A stretch of 64,000 nucleotides of DNA from Alphaproteobacteria bacterium (GCA_041908065.1 JAYRGC010000070.1:33180-97179); one strand, 5' to 3'; positions 48,768 through 60,974 are shown, counted from the first letter of the stretch. Translations and numbers: made by a program. The notes: a model not told the origin generated them from the letters alone.

Positions 48768-49916
48768 ATGAAGACCAAGACTGACGGCAACACGGCGTTA
48801 TCCGCCTCCCCTTTAACCGCTGCAAGACGGCTGGTCGTCAAGATAAGCTCCGCCCTTTTGGTGGGCGGTGAACGCGACGAGATCCGCCGCTCGTGGTTGG
48901 ACGCCTTGACCGGCGAGCTGGCGGCGCGGAAAAAGCTCGGCTGCGAAGTCATCGTCGTGTCGTCGGGCGCGGTGGCCTTGGGGCGGCGCGTCTTGGGGTT
49001 GAAAAAGGGCGCGTTGCGGCTCGACGAGATGCAAGCCGCCGCCGCCTGCGGACAGGCGCGATTGGCGCACGCTTGGCAGGAATCCCTTGAGCGGCAAGGG
49101 TTGCGGGCGGCGCAGGTCTTGCTGACGCCTCGCGACACGGAGGAACGCCAGTCGTATCTGAACATCCGCGCCGCCTTGCGCGGGCTTTTGGCGATGGGCG
49201 TGGTTCCTGTCGTCAACGAAAACGACACCGTAGGCTCTCCGGCGATGTGCTTTAGCGACAACGACCAGCTTTCCGCTCGCGTCGCGGCGATGATGGAATC
49301 CGATTGCCTTGCCCTGCTGTCGGACGTCGAGGGGCTTTACACCGCCGATCCGCGCCAAAACCCGAACGCCGAGTTCGTGTCCGTAGTTCGCTCCATAACG
49401 CCGGAGATAGCCGCCATGGCCGGGGGCTCCAGCTCCGGCCTCGGTCGCGGCGGCATGGCGACGAAGCTCGAAGCCGCCAAGATGGCGATGCTGGCCGGAT
49501 GCTCGACCGTCATCGCCAAGGGCGGCCAAGACGCGCCGTTGCGGGCGATAGCCGACGGCGGACGCTGCACTTGGTTTTTGGCCGAAAGGCAACCGGCGGC
49601 GGCGTGGAAAAGGTGGATCGCCGGAACGCTCAATCCGCGTGGAAGCATCGGTATAGACGCCGGAGCCGTCTCCGCCTTGCGGCGCGGCGGCAGCCTTTTG
49701 CCGGTAGGCGTCACCTCCGCCGACGGCGACTTCTCAGGCGGCGATCCGGTGCGCGTGCTATCTCCCGACGGCCACGAGGTGGCGCGGGGTTTGGTGTCCT
49801 TCTCCCGCGACGAGGTGCTGTCCGTCAAAGGGCGCAAAAGCGGCGAGATGGCCGACATACTGGGCTATCCATGCCGCGACGAAATAATCCATCGCGACGA
49901 CATGGCGTTGGTGTGA
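48768..49916 (+). CDS. proB: Glutamate 5-kinase
   Basis: Motif RLVVKISSALL ... VVSSGAVALGR. PUA C-terminal domain. ATG at 48768. Confidence 0.85.
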   Translation: MKTKTDGNTALSASPLTAARRLVVKISSALLVGGERDEIRRSWLDALTGELAARKKLGCEVIVVSSGAVALGRRVLGLKKGALRLDEMQAAAACGQARLAHAWQESLERQGLRAAQVLLTPRDTEERQSYLNIRAALRGLLAMGVVPVVNENDTVGSPAMCFSDNDQLSARVAAMMESDCLALLSDVEGLYTADPRQNPNAEFVSVVRSITPEIAAMAGGSSSGLGRGGMATKLEAAKMAMLAGCSTVIAKGGQDAPLRAIADGGRCTWFLAERQPAAAWKRWIAGTLNPRGSIGIDAGAVSALRRGGSLLPVGVTSADGDFSGGDPVRVLSPDGHEVARGLVSFSRDEVLSVKGRKSGEMADILGYPCRDEIIHRDDMALV

Positions 49917-50035
49917 TTAGAGCATTTCCTGCTTTGGTTGATATACGAAACCGGCAACTTGCGACGGTGACGTTCCTCCGTCGCCAACTGCAAGATAAGC
50001 CCATCAACCTGATCGGGAAACGCTCTAGAACCCGT

Positions 50036-51325
50036 TTATAATCTCGTCCCGTTGCGGCGATTGCGGGGGCGAAGCTGGACCAGCTTTCCGTCTTCGGGGT
50101 GGCCGGAGGAAATCTCCACCTGCAAATCCGAATAAAACCCGTTGAAGCGGCTTTGCGAAGCCGCCATGTAGGCGCCCATGCTGCCCATGGCGATCCAATC
50201 GCCTTCGGCAATGTCATCGGGCAACATGAACGGGCCTTGCATGTAATCCACGGAATCGCAGGTCGGCCCGAACAGCCTAAACGGCGACGGGGTCCGGCCT
50301 TCTTCCGCAGCTCCGGCATTCAACCTTAGGCGGCGAGAGTCGTTGCGCCAGTTCATCGAGCAGACTTCGAACATGTTGCCGAAGCTGCCGTCGTTGATGT
50401 AAAGCGCGTCGCCCTTGCGCAGTTCCACCTTGACAAGAAGCGTAGTGGACAACCCCGACAAAGACCGCCCGGGCTCGCACCAAATCTCGCACTTAGCCGG
50501 CAATCCCATCGCCGCTATCTCGGGGTTGATAACCTCGAAGAACGCCTGCAACGAGGGGACTTCCATGCCCATGCCCGGAACCGGAAATCCGCCGCCGATG
50601 TCGAACACGTCAAGCGATACGCCGGATTGCCGTATCACGTCCTTGGCTATGTTTATCGCCTCGACATAGGACATGGGGTCCAGCGTTTGCGACCCGACGT
50701 GGAAGGATAAGCCAACCTTGCCCGCCACCTTGGCGGCGCGCTTCAACAATTCGACCGTGTCTTGGGGCGTGGCCCCGAACTTTCCGGCCAACGGACACGC
50801 CGCGCTGCCCTTGGGTCTTTCCAAGCGCACTACCAGCGTCAGATCCTTTACGCCGCGGGTTTCTTCTATGATCTTGTCCAATTCTCCCGCGCTGTCCAAA
50901 ACGAAGGTTCTCACGCCGTTTTCCACACAAGCGCGGCGAATGGCGTCGCGGCTTTTAACCGGATGCATGAAGGCCAGACGCGCATCGGGGAACATGCGGT
51001 GGACAAGCTCCACCTCGCCGATCGAGGCCACGTCGAAGCAACGTATCCCCGCCGCGTAAAGATGGCGCAAGACGTAGGGATCAGGATTGGATTTCACGGC
51101 GTAAAAAGCGTCGCCGCGAAAGCCTTCCAAGAACGCCTTCGCGCTCTTGGCTATTTCGGTGGGATGAAAACATTGCACCGACTGGTTGGGGCGCAAAACT
51201 TCCAGCGCGGTTTCCATGTCGGGGAAACGCTCAACAGCCTTCGGCTGACGGCGCGAGGGGGAGGATCTCCGTTCAGCGCGAACATTCGGCGCGGAACGCA
51301 ACGAAGTCACAGAAGCTTTCGCCAT
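50036..51325 (-). CDS. Ornithine decarboxylase (PLP-dependent, fold-type III)
   Basis: Motifs FYAVKSNPDPYVLRHL, GGGFPVPG and CEPGRSL. ATG at 51325 with AAGGAG RBS. Confidence 0.75.
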   Translation of the reverse strand: MAKASVTSLRSAPNVRAERRSSPSRRQPKAVERFPDMETALEVLRPNQSVQCFHPTEIAKSAKAFLEGFRGDAFYAVKSNPDPYVLRHLYAAGIRCFDVASIGEVELVHRMFPDARLAFMHPVKSRDAIRRACVENGVRTFVLDSAGELDKIIEETRGVKDLTLVVRLERPKGSAACPLAGKFGATPQDTVELLKRAAKVAGKVGLSFHVGSQTLDPMSYVEAINIAKDVIRQSGVSLDVFDIGGGFPVPGMGMEVPSLQAFFEVINPEIAAMGLPAKCEIWCEPGRSLSGLSTTLLVKVELRKGDALYINDGSFGNMFEVCSMNWRNDSRRLRLNAGAAEEGRTPSPFRLFGPTCDSVDYMQGPFMLPDDIAEGDWIAMGSMGAYMAASQSRFNGFYSDLQVEISSGHPEDGKLVQLRPRNRRNGTRL

Positions 51326-51911
51326 GCCCAATCTCCTTTGCCATAAAACCAGCAAAGAGACGACTTGGCCCGGACTCCATGGAAATGGGCTTCAAGCGCG
51401 GGAACGCAACAATCCGGCCACGCGAGCCGAAGGCGCACCAACACCCGAACAAACGCGCAGGGTTCCGAATATCTAAGGAAACAGCGCATATCCCCGCCGG
51501 AAACGACCAAAGCAAAAAGGCCATAACCACCAGAGAACGCCGCCGGAAACCCAGCCCAAATCCCTTTGCCTCACAACCAAGACCAACGCCCGCGCAAACC
51601 AAAACAACAACGCGAAGCGGACTCTTTGCTGTACACCACAACCACCGCCATCTTCCCCTGAGGAAACATGACGGAGAGGCAAAGCGTCGTTACATAAACC
51701 AGTGGGGAACGGATCGGAGTGGTAACTCGGTCCATCCTTGGGCCAGTGGCACGTGCGCTTTCAGACGCAGTGTATAACGTTCCTTTCGGAGACTATCAAG
51801 AGTTTTTTGACTCCGACTATGGTTAACGCCGAGACTGTAGCAAGTTTGCAGCAACCGACCCGTTGTGCCAGACTTGGGCACCCTCGAAACCCCACATCAC
51901 AGGAGAAAAAA

Positions 51912-52550
51912 ATGTCCATCATTACAAAAAAAACGGCGGCGGCTTGTTGTTTGGCGATCGCCGTGGGCTTCGCCGCCGATGCCAATGCCGGACAATTGTT
52001 TCCGCCGGAATCCGCCTCAAGCTCCGACGATCAAGTTTTGCTGTGGAAAGGGGCTCCCGACAATAAGGTTGTGTCCGTCCCCCAAAGCTCGATAAAAATA
52101 AACACCGCCGAGTGCCCAGCCGGACAATTCATGGTCAAAATAACCGGAGGCGCGGTGAAATGTCTCCCCACAATAACAACCCCGCCCACATGTACAGGAG
52201 ACAAAGCATTGCAATGGGATGGAACCAAGTGGCTGTGCAATGAGATAGGCGCACCCGCAACGGCTTCCGACACCGTGTTGTCGGTGTCGCGCGCTCCCAA
52301 CGATGACCCCACCAACACCATATATCACAAGCCGTGGTGTCCGAGTGGATACGGCCTCAAGAGCTATATCAGGGTGTCTTCTTACGACAACTGGACAACG
52401 GTCGGCTTGTGTCAGCAGGGATATTCGGGAGCGGCGGTTTACATAGAGCCCGGACTGAGGGGCTGCAACGACTCGTACTATAACTCCACCACCGGCAAAT
52501 GCTCGCCATATATATCTCCGAGCAACCAGTATGAAGTGACTTATAAATAA
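51912..52550 (+). CDS. Secreted cysteine-rich hypothetical protein (low-GC)
   Basis: AGGAG RBS. Signal peptide MSIITKKTAAACCLAIAVGFAADANA. About 11 Cys in the mature part. Confidence 0.5.
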   Translation: MSIITKKTAAACCLAIAVGFAADANAGQLFPPESASSSDDQVLLWKGAPDNKVVSVPQSSIKINTAECPAGQFMVKITGGAVKCLPTITTPPTCTGDKALQWDGTKWLCNEIGAPATASDTVLSVSRAPNDDPTNTIYHKPWCPSGYGLKSYIRVSSYDNWTTVGLCQQGYSGAAVYIEPGLRGCNDSYYNSTTGKCSPYISPSNQYEVTYK

Positions 52551-52576
52551 ACTTCCGACTAAAGCGTTCCATCTTT

Positions 52577-52612
52577 CCCCCGACGCTCGGCATCGAGCGT
52601 CGGGGTTTTTTA
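52577..52612 (+). terminator. Rho-independent terminator
   Basis: cccccgacgctcg gcat cgagcgtcgggg followed by TTTTTTATT. Confidence 0.7.
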
Positions 52613-52628
52613 TTCGGGGCGAGGGGAG

Positions 52629-53633
52629 TCACATCAGGCGTTTGGTGATGTTTTCCAGCTGGTCTAGGCTTTGGTAGTGGAGGGTTATCGAGCCGGAGTT
52701 TTTACGTCCAGGGCGGAGATCGACCTTCAGCCCTAAAACGTCCGAGATGCTTCGCTCCAAGGACAAAACGTCCGCGCTTATACTGCCGCCGTCGGAAGAA
52801 GAAACTTCTTTCGTAGGCTTGTTCGCGCCCTTGCGCGCCGCCGCCCCTCCTTTTCCGCCTTGCTCTATTTCCAGCCGCGCCAAAGCCTCCACCTGCCTCA
52901 TGCTCAACCCGCGTTCCGCCGCCAGCTTGGCCAGCTTCAGGGGATCGGGAACGCAGACGATCATCCGCGCCACGCTCATCGAAATTTCGCCGCCTTCGAG
53001 CATTTCCAGCACCGGCTGCGGCAACGTCAGGATGCGGAGAAGATGGGTTATGCGGGAGCGATCCTTGCCCAGATGCCGCGCCAGATCGTATTGGTTATAG
53101 CCGAACTCCTCCATCAGCCGCTTGTACCCCTCGGCCTCCTCCACGACAGACAGATCCTTGCGCTGGATGTTTTCCAGCAGGCCGATCTCCATCGCCTCTC
53201 TGTCCGAAAAGGCGCGAACGACCACCGGAACTTCGTGTATTCCGGCCATTTGCGCCGCTCGCCAACGCCGCTCGCCCGCCACTATTTCGTAGAGGCCGCC
53301 TTCGCCTGCCGCGCGCACCAATATCGGCTGGATGATGCCGCGTTCGCGGATCGACGCGGCCAACTCCTTCATCGATTCTTCGTCGAATATGCGGCGCGCC
53401 TGATAGCGGCTAGGCTCCATCTTGGCGACAGAAAGCTGGCGCACGCCGGAAGACGAATGCGCGGAGTCAGAGCCTATTTCGCCCATAGTTTCGATGGCCT
53501 TTTCCATCTGCGTCTTAGGCTCGCCGCCGCTGCCGCCTTGCGGGGGTTGATAGGCGGCGTCCTGATCCCCGAACAGGGCGGACAGCCCGCGTCCCAACGG
53601 CGACGGCTTGGCGGCGGCTGATTTCGCGTTCAT
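52629..53633 (-). CDS. parB: Chromosome partitioning protein ParB
   Basis: ParB box GERRWRAA. HTH region. ATGA overlap with parA. Confidence 0.85.
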   Translation of the reverse strand: MNAKSAAAKPSPLGRGLSALFGDQDAAYQPPQGGSGGEPKTQMEKAIETMGEIGSDSAHSSSGVRQLSVAKMEPSRYQARRIFDEESMKELAASIRERGIIQPILVRAAGEGGLYEIVAGERRWRAAQMAGIHEVPVVVRAFSDREAMEIGLLENIQRKDLSVVEEAEGYKRLMEEFGYNQYDLARHLGKDRSRITHLLRILTLPQPVLEMLEGGEISMSVARMIVCVPDPLKLAKLAAERGLSMRQVEALARLEIEQGGKGGAAARKGANKPTKEVSSSDGGSISADVLSLERSISDVLGLKVDLRPGRKNSGSITLHYQSLDQLENITKRLM

Positions 53634-54475
53634 CTTTTCGCTTCCTTTCCTTGCGGTTTTTCTTTTCCGGCCTGCTCCCGCTTTAAAACTTCGCTGGCCA
53701 GATGCACATAGGCGCGGGAACCCGGGCATTTCAGATCGTAGAGCAGGGCGGGCTTGCCGTGCGACGGAGCCTCCGACACCCGCACGTTGCGCGGAATGAC
53801 GGTTTCGTAAACCTTGTCGCCGAAGAACGCCCGCACGTCGCTGGCGACCGCGTCCGACAGGCTGTTGCGCTTGTCGTACATGGTCAGCACCACGCCCTGC
53901 AGCTCCAGCGCGGGGTTAAAGCGCGAACGAACCGCTTCCATAGTCTGGAGCAGGCTGCTGATGCCCTCCAGCGCGTAAAATTCGGGTTGCAAAGGAACTA
54001 GCAAAGCGTCGGCCGCGACCAAGGCGTTCAGGGTTATAAGATTCAGCGATGGCGGGCAGTCTATCAGGATAAAGTCGTAATCTTTCGCGCTGCGCTCTAA
54101 TGCATCACGGATCCGGTACTCGCGGCGCGGGGTATTGACCAGCTGGATCTCAGCCCCCGCCAGATCCGCCGACGAGGTGATGATGCTGAGATTGGGGATG
54201 ACCGTCGGGGAAACCACGTCCTCCACCGCCATGCCGTCGAACATCAGGCCGTAGCTGCCTGCGCCGCGAGAGGCGCGGGCGATGCCGAAGCCGGTCGAGG
54301 CGTTGCCCTGAGGATCGGCGTCGACCACCAGAACCCTCCGCCCCACCGCGGCCATCGCCGTAGCGAGATTTACTGTCGTCGTGGTTTTGCCGACACCGCC
54401 CTTTTGGTTGGCTACGGCGATGACGCGGCAACAATGCCCGTCCGAAGTTTTAGGATCTTTTCCGTCGTTGGCCAT
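53630..54475 (-). CDS. parA: Chromosome partitioning ATPase ParA
   Basis: Deviant Walker A KGGVGKTTT. Confidence 0.9.
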   Translation of the reverse strand: MANDGKDPKTSDGHCCRVIAVANQKGGVGKTTTTVNLATAMAAVGRRVLVVDADPQGNASTGFGIARASRGAGSYGLMFDGMAVEDVVSPTVIPNLSIITSSADLAGAEIQLVNTPRREYRIRDALERSAKDYDFILIDCPPSLNLITLNALVAADALLVPLQPEFYALEGISSLLQTMEAVRSRFNPALELQGVVLTMYDKRNSLSDAVASDVRAFFGDKVYETVIPRNVRVSEAPSHGKPALLYDLKCPGSRAYVHLASEVLKREQAGKEKPQGKEAKR

Positions 54476-55112
54476 GATTGAAGATTGCCTTTAGGTTTTT
54501 AATCCTAAACACTGAGCCGGAATCGTCGCTCAGGCTGGGGAAAATCTCGTGGCGGAATGTCCAACATTTGGCTGCTTCTGTCAATTCCGCCACCGCGTTG
54601 CGCCCTTTTGGGAACAACATAACCGCGTCTTTTTTCGCCAATCGCGCGGCCATCCCCAGAAGCTCCGGCAACGGCTTGACAGCCCGCGCCGTAATCACGT
54701 CGGCGAACGCGGCGGGCAGGCTTTCCGCCCGCGCATTGTGGACAGCGACATCGCGCAATCCCAATGTTTCAGCCGTCTGCGAAAGAAAGCCCGCCTTTTT
54801 GCCGATGCTTTCCACCAGATTGATTTTATGTCCCAACCCACAATCGGCTGCCATTATCGCCAATACCATTCCGGGGAATCCGGCTCCGCTGCCCATGTCG
54901 GCCAAGACTATTTTCCGCCCTTTCGGCAGCAATGGAAACAACTGCGCGCTGTCGAGGAAATGGCGTTGCCAGAGAATCGGAAGAGTGCTTTCCGCCACCA
55001 GATTGAAATGCGAGTTCGCTTCGCGCAACAAATCGGCGTAGCGGAACAGACGCTCCCGCGCCTCAGCCCCCAAGGGAAAATGTTCGAAAAACTGGCGTTC
55101 TAAATCGTTCAT
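54450..55112 (-). CDS. rsmG: 16S rRNA (guanine527-N7)-methyltransferase
   Basis: Motifs DMGSGAGFPG and ITARAV. The ORF extension upstream of 55112 is the translated MITE TIR. Confidence 0.85.
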   Translation of the reverse strand: MNDLERQFFEHFPLGAEARERLFRYADLLREANSHFNLVAESTLPILWQRHFLDSAQLFPLLPKGRKIVLADMGSGAGFPGMVLAIMAADCGLGHKINLVESIGKKAGFLSQTAETLGLRDVAVHNARAESLPAAFADVITARAVKPLPELLGMAARLAKKDAVMLFPKGRNAVAELTEAAKCWTFRHEIFPSLSDDSGSVFRIKNLKAIFNHGQRRKRS

Positions 55113-55135
55113 GGCCGCGATAATAGCATAGAATT

Positions 55136-55475
55136 GGCTCTTACGTAAAACGGGTGGGTAATTTTGCACCAAACGCAACAACAATCACTGTCATCTCCCC
55201 TGTTAAAGCCACAAGCTGTCATTGCGAAGTTACAGCCAAAGGCTGTCATTGCGAGGTTACAGCCAAAGGCTGTCATGTGCGAGGTTACAGCCAAAGGCTG
55301 TCTGCGAGCCGCCACCATTTGGTTTGGACAGAGTTAAACGCTGTCAGGCGGCGAAGCAATCCAGACCTTATGGAGCAACTGCTCTGGATTGCTTCGCCGC
55401 CAAGGGGCGGCTCGCAATGACGTCGCTTGCTGTTGCGTTTGGTGCAAAATTACCCACCTGTTTTGCGTAAGAGCC
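55136..55475. repeat. MITE-like element copy G (full, 3 tandem 27-bp units)
   Basis: TIRs ggctcttacgtaaaacgggtgggta and tacccacctgttttgcgtaagagcc. gtcattgcga[a/g]gttacagccaaaggct x3. Hairpin module. Confidence 0.9.
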
Positions 55476-55525
55476 CTAAAACTTATCAAAAAAAGAGTCG
55501 CAGGACTCAGATTTTAACTTTTTTG

Positions 55526-55815
55526 GGTTCTTTATCAAAACGGGTGGGTAATTTGGCCGCCAAACGCAACAACAAGCACCGTCATTGTGAAGTTACAGCC
55601 AAAGGCTGTCATTGCGAGCGGCCTTCTTCAGGTCGCGAAGCAATCCAGTGCCGTTGCTCTATGACTCTGGATTGCTTCGCCGCCTGACAGCGTTTAACTC
55701 TGTCCAAACCAAATGGTGGCGGCTCGCAATGACAGCCTTTGGCTGTAACCTCGCACATGACAGCCTTTGGCTGTGACTTCGCACATGACAGCCATTTTGG
55801 AAAGGCAATCCCTCT
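55526..55815. repeat. MITE-like element copy H (inverted relative to G; one TIR only)
   Basis: Starts with gggttctttatcaaaacgggtgggta. Modules appear in reverse-complement order. Its end abuts the mnmG stop codon. Confidence 0.8.
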
Positions 55816-57676
55816 ATTTCTTCACATGCCGCAACAGCGCGATAACGGCGGCCGGTGTGACGCCCGGGATGCGCGAGGCCGCGCCAAGCGTGGCGGGGCG
55901 GGCGCGGGATAGCTTTTGGCGCACTTCGGTGGACAGGCTCCCCACCGCGCCGTAGTCCAGCTCTTCCGGCAACTTCAGCTCCTCGTCGCGACGAAAGGCG
56001 GCGATGTCCGTCTCCTGCCTTTCCAGATAGCCGGAATATTTGCCCTCGATCTCCACTTGCTCCACGGCGAAGGGCGACAGGCTTCGCAAATCCGGCCAGA
56101 TCTCGGCCAGCCTGTCGAGCGATGCCTCCGGCAACGCCAACAATTCCAACGCGCTCCGCCGCACGCCGTCTTGGTTGATTCGCAATCCCGCCCGCGCCAA
56201 CTGCGACGGCGTGGCGTTCAGTTCGCCCAAGATCGCTCGCGCGCGCTCCAGCTCGGACATGCGGGCGGAGAAGGCGGCGGCGCGCTCGCTTCCGACGCAA
56301 CCCGCGTTCAGCCCACGCGGGGTCAACCGCCGCTCGGCGTTGTCGGAACGCAGCGTCAAGCGGTATTCGGCGCGAGAGGTGAACATCCGGTAAGGTTCGG
56401 TCGTTCCCTGCGTCACCAGATCGTCGATCATCACGCCGATGAAGGCCTCGGCGCGATCCAGCGTGAAATCGCCGCGCCCGCCGCCTGCCGTCTTGGCCGC
56501 GTTGATACCCGCCATTACTCCTTGGGCGGCGGCCTCCTCGTAACCGGTGGTTCCGTTTATCTGTCCGGCGAAGAACAGCCGAGGCACGCGGCGGGTTTCC
56601 AATGCCGGAGAAAGCTCGCGCGGATCGCAATAGTCGTATTCAATCGCGTATCCATGGCGCAAGATGGATACTTTTTCCAGACCGCGAATGCTGCGGATGA
56701 AGGCGTCCTGCACGTCGCGGGGCAGGGAGGTCGAGATGCCGTTGGGATATACCGTATGGTCGTCCAACCCCTCCGGCTCCAGAAACACCTGATGCCGTTC
56801 CTTGTCGGCGAAGCGCACCACCTTGTCCTCGATCGAAGGGCAATAGCGCGGCCCCGTTCCCTTTATCTGGCCGGAATAAAGCGGGGCGCGGTGGAGATTG
56901 GAGCGTATGGCCTCGTGCGCCGCCGCTCCGGTATAGGTTATGCCGCACTTTATCTGAGGGTTGAGGATGGCGGCGGTCATGGCGGAGAATGGAACCGGAG
57001 GATCATCGCCCGCCTGCATTTCCAACCCCGCCCAGTCGATAGTGCGGCCATCGAGCCGCGCCGGAGTTCCGGTTTTCAGCCGCCCCATGGGAAAGCCCAG
57101 CCGTTTCAGGGTGGCGGCCAACGGCAATGACGGAGGATCGCCGACGCGCCCCGCCGGATAACGCTCCTCGCCGATATGGATAAGCCCCGACAGGAAAGTG
57201 CCGGTGGCGATCACCACCGCCCCCGCTCGTATTTCCTCGCCGTCGTTGACCGCGACTCCGGCGGCCTGCCCGTCTTGCGATAACAAGAGATCGCAAGCCT
57301 CCCCCTCTCTTATTTCCAGAAGAGGCTGCGCCGCCAGATATTCCTGCATGAAACGGCGATATAGCTTGCGATCGGCTTGGCAACGCGGCCCGCGCACGGC
57401 CGGGCCTTTGCTGAGATTGAGGATGCGGAACTGGATTCCGGCGGCATCGGCCACCCGTCCCATCAGGCCGTCGAGCGCGTCGATCTCGCGCACCATCTGC
57501 CCCTTGCCGAGGCCGCCGATGGCAGGATTGCACGACATTTCGCCAATGGTGGCGCGTTTGTGCGTCAACAGCAGCGTCCGCGCCCCCATCCGCGCAGCGG
57601 AGGCGGCGGCTTCGCACCCCGCGTGCCCCGCGCCGACCACTATGACATCGAACGTGTCGATAGGACGTTTTTCCAT
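55814..57676 (-). CDS. mnmG: tRNA uridine-5-carboxymethylaminomethyl modification enzyme MnmG (GidA)
   Basis: FAD motif [16 protein letters not shown]. Conserved along its length. Confidence 0.9.
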   Translation of the reverse strand: MEKRPIDTFDVIVVGAGHAGCEAAASAARMGARTLLLTHKRATIGEMSCNPAIGGLGKGQMVREIDALDGLMGRVADAAGIQFRILNLSKGPAVRGPRCQADRKLYRRFMQEYLAAQPLLEIREGEACDLLLSQDGQAAGVAVNDGEEIRAGAVVIATGTFLSGLIHIGEERYPAGRVGDPPSLPLAATLKRLGFPMGRLKTGTPARLDGRTIDWAGLEMQAGDDPPVPFSAMTAAILNPQIKCGITYTGAAAHEAIRSNLHRAPLYSGQIKGTGPRYCPSIEDKVVRFADKERHQVFLEPEGLDDHTVYPNGISTSLPRDVQDAFIRSIRGLEKVSILRHGYAIEYDYCDPRELSPALETRRVPRLFFAGQINGTTGYEEAAAQGVMAGINAAKTAGGGRGDFTLDRAEAFIGVMIDDLVTQGTTEPYRMFTSRAEYRLTLRSDNAERRLTPRGLNAGCVGSERAAAFSARMSELERARAILGELNATPSQLARAGLRINQDGVRRSALELLALPEASLDRLAEIWPDLRSLSPFAVEQVEIEGKYSGYLERQETDIAAFRRDEELKLPEELDYGAVGSLSTEVRQKLSRARPATLGAASRIPGVTPAAVIALLRHVKK

Positions 57677-57753
57677 CAATCCTGCTCCGTGACGCATGGG
57701 CGATGATATACCCGCGCCGAGAGCGTCAGGAAAGGGGAATATCGCTATCTGCC

Positions 57754-58320
57754 TTATGGATTGGGGCGTTGCCCGCCCCGATTCGCCCGAAGAAAATTAG
57801 GCACCGCCGGAACATGGGAGGTATTGGCGGCGTTGACGGTATCTAAAGCGAATGCCTGTCTGGTTCCGACGTCGATAAGCCATTTTTTAGTTTTGGGCGG
57901 CAATAATTTCGACAGGGATTTTTCGGCTTGATCGGCATTATTGATAAATTTCTTCAATATTGTCAGGGCGAATTTTTGCACCGGCAGTTTATCTTCTCCG
58001 GCAACAACTTTGATTTCTTCGAATATTGCCCCTTTCAGCACATCTTCGACGGATTCCAAAAGTTCACGGTGAGCGTGATCGCTTACATTGAGATTCGCGC
58101 TTCCTCCATCTATTCCCTTTAGATAAAATCCTTGTTGCAATGCGCCGTCATATCCTTGGGTGCAAAACACTCTCAAGACTCGGTTGGCGTCATTATCCAC
58201 CGGAAAATCCACCACTATGGCGGTAACAAGCGTGTTGTCGCGATTAACGTCGACATACCCTCTGACGACTTCATTCCAGAATTGGACGCGGCATTCATTG
58301 TCGGCTTTTGAGAAATTCAT
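57754..58320 (-). CDS. Hypothetical protein (low-GC insertion just beyond the mnmG start, where mnmE (not seen anywhere in this window) usually lies)
   Basis: 188-aa ORF, AT-rich. No family recognised. Confidence 0.4.
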   Translation of the reverse strand: MNFSKADNECRVQFWNEVVRGYVDVNRDNTLVTAIVVDFPVDNDANRVLRVFCTQGYDGALQQGFYLKGIDGGSANLNVSDHAHRELLESVEDVLKGAIFEEIKVVAGEDKLPVQKFALTILKKFINNADQAEKSLSKLLPPKTKKWLIDVGTRQAFALDTVNAANTSHVPAVPNFLRANRGGQRPNP

Positions 58321-58618
58321 ATATTTTCTCCCTAATACGTGAATACATCGAAAAATCTAAGATCTTGCCAGTGGCTGTTATAGCTTTAATTTCAGTGCCG
58401 TTCAAGCACCGCGCTATTAGTTTCAATGGTTGCTGTTTTAAAAAATGTAATAAATACAAGCACAGATTCAATGGCTGTGTCGCGTGACGGGGATTGGATA
58501 GAAGAAGAGGCAGGCCATACTGGCGCGTTAAGCCTTGGGATTGTCAATACCACGCTCGCCTGATGCTGTCAAGAGTTTTTTGATATATTAGGAAAATATT
58601 TTTATGCATAAAAGTAGC

Positions 58619-58815
58619 GGCTCTTACGCAAAACGGGTGTGTACTGCCTTCCAGCAAGTGCCGTCATTGCGAGCGGCCTTCTTCAGGCCGCGAAGCAATC
58701 CAGAGCAGTTGCGCCTGTGGCACTGGATTGCTTCGCCGCCAAGAGGCGGCTCGCAATGACGGTGCTTGTTGTTGCGGTTGGAGGCAGAATTACAAGACCG
58801 TTTTGCGTAAGAGCC
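58619..58815. repeat. MITE-like element copy I
   Basis: TIRs ggctcttacgcaaaacgggtgtgta and tacaagaccgttttgcgtaagagcc, with internal hairpin. Confidence 0.85.
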
Positions 58816-58843
58816 AAACGGGCATTATAATCGGTTGAATTAG

Positions 58844-60132
<1,289 letters not shown>

Positions 60133-60133
<1 letters not shown>

Positions 60134-60915
60134 TGGGATCGTCTTCGTCTTACTCGTCTTCGTCCCAACGCAATCCCGAAGCAGATTGGTTTGGATTTTC
60201 CCGCGTCTCGCCGGAAGAAAAGGGCGAGCGCGTGCGCGATGTGTTTTCTTCGGTAGCGGAAAGCTACGACCTGATGAACGACCTGATGTCGTGCGGGATG
60301 CATCGGTTATGGAAAGACCGCCTTGTCGGCATGATGCGGCCTCGCGCCGGACAAAGGATACTCGACGTGGCGGGAGGGACGGGCGACGTGGCGTTGCGCT
60401 GCGCTGCCAAGACCGGAGGCAAGGCGGAGATAACCGTCTGCGACATCAATCCCGATATGCTGCGTTGCGGCCGCGACAAGGCCATAGACGCGGGGTGGCT
60501 GCGCGGCATCGAGTGGATCGAGGGCAACGCCGAAAAGCTGCCGATTCCCAACCGCAGCCAGAACACCGTCAGCATCGCCTTCGGATTGCGCAACGTGACG
60601 CGCATCGACGACGCTCTGGCTGAATTCGCGCGGGTGTTGAAGCCGGGCGGCCGCTTTTTCTGTCTGGAGTTCACATCCGGCGTGTCGCCTATGTTACGCA
60701 AAATCTACGAACGCTATTGCTTCGGGATATTGCCGACGCTGGGAGAGATCGTCGCCCACGACCGCGATTCCTACCAATATTTGGCCGAAAGCATCATGCG
60801 CTTTCCGGCGCAGAGGGAACTGGCCGCCCGCATGGAATCCGCCGGACTTGCCCGCGCCTCGTGGAGCGACCTGATGGGCGGAATCGCCGTCATCCATTCG
60901 GGATGGAAGATATAG
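60133..60915 (+). CDS. ubiE: Ubiquinone/menaquinone C-methyltransferase UbiE
   Basis: Motifs VFSSVAESYDLMNDLMS and LDVAGGTGD. TGATG overlap with the upstream gene. Confidence 0.85.
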
Positions 60916-60974
60916 TTCGCGACGGAAGGTTTCCGTTTAGGTTGATGGGCCTTAGCCTATTAGACCTCTTGCAT

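Noticed and set aside
55113-55184. Upstream extension of rsmG (MLLRLVQNYPPVLRKSQ...), with similar extensions at 61105-61215 and 62304-62340
   Set aside because: These residues are the MITE TIR read in frame. Internal ATGs with proper N-terminal homology were used instead.
55659-56630. 323-aa ORF overlapping the mnmG 3' half and MITE H
   Set aside because: It is an out-of-frame shadow of mnmG extended through repeat sequence, with an Arg-rich product.
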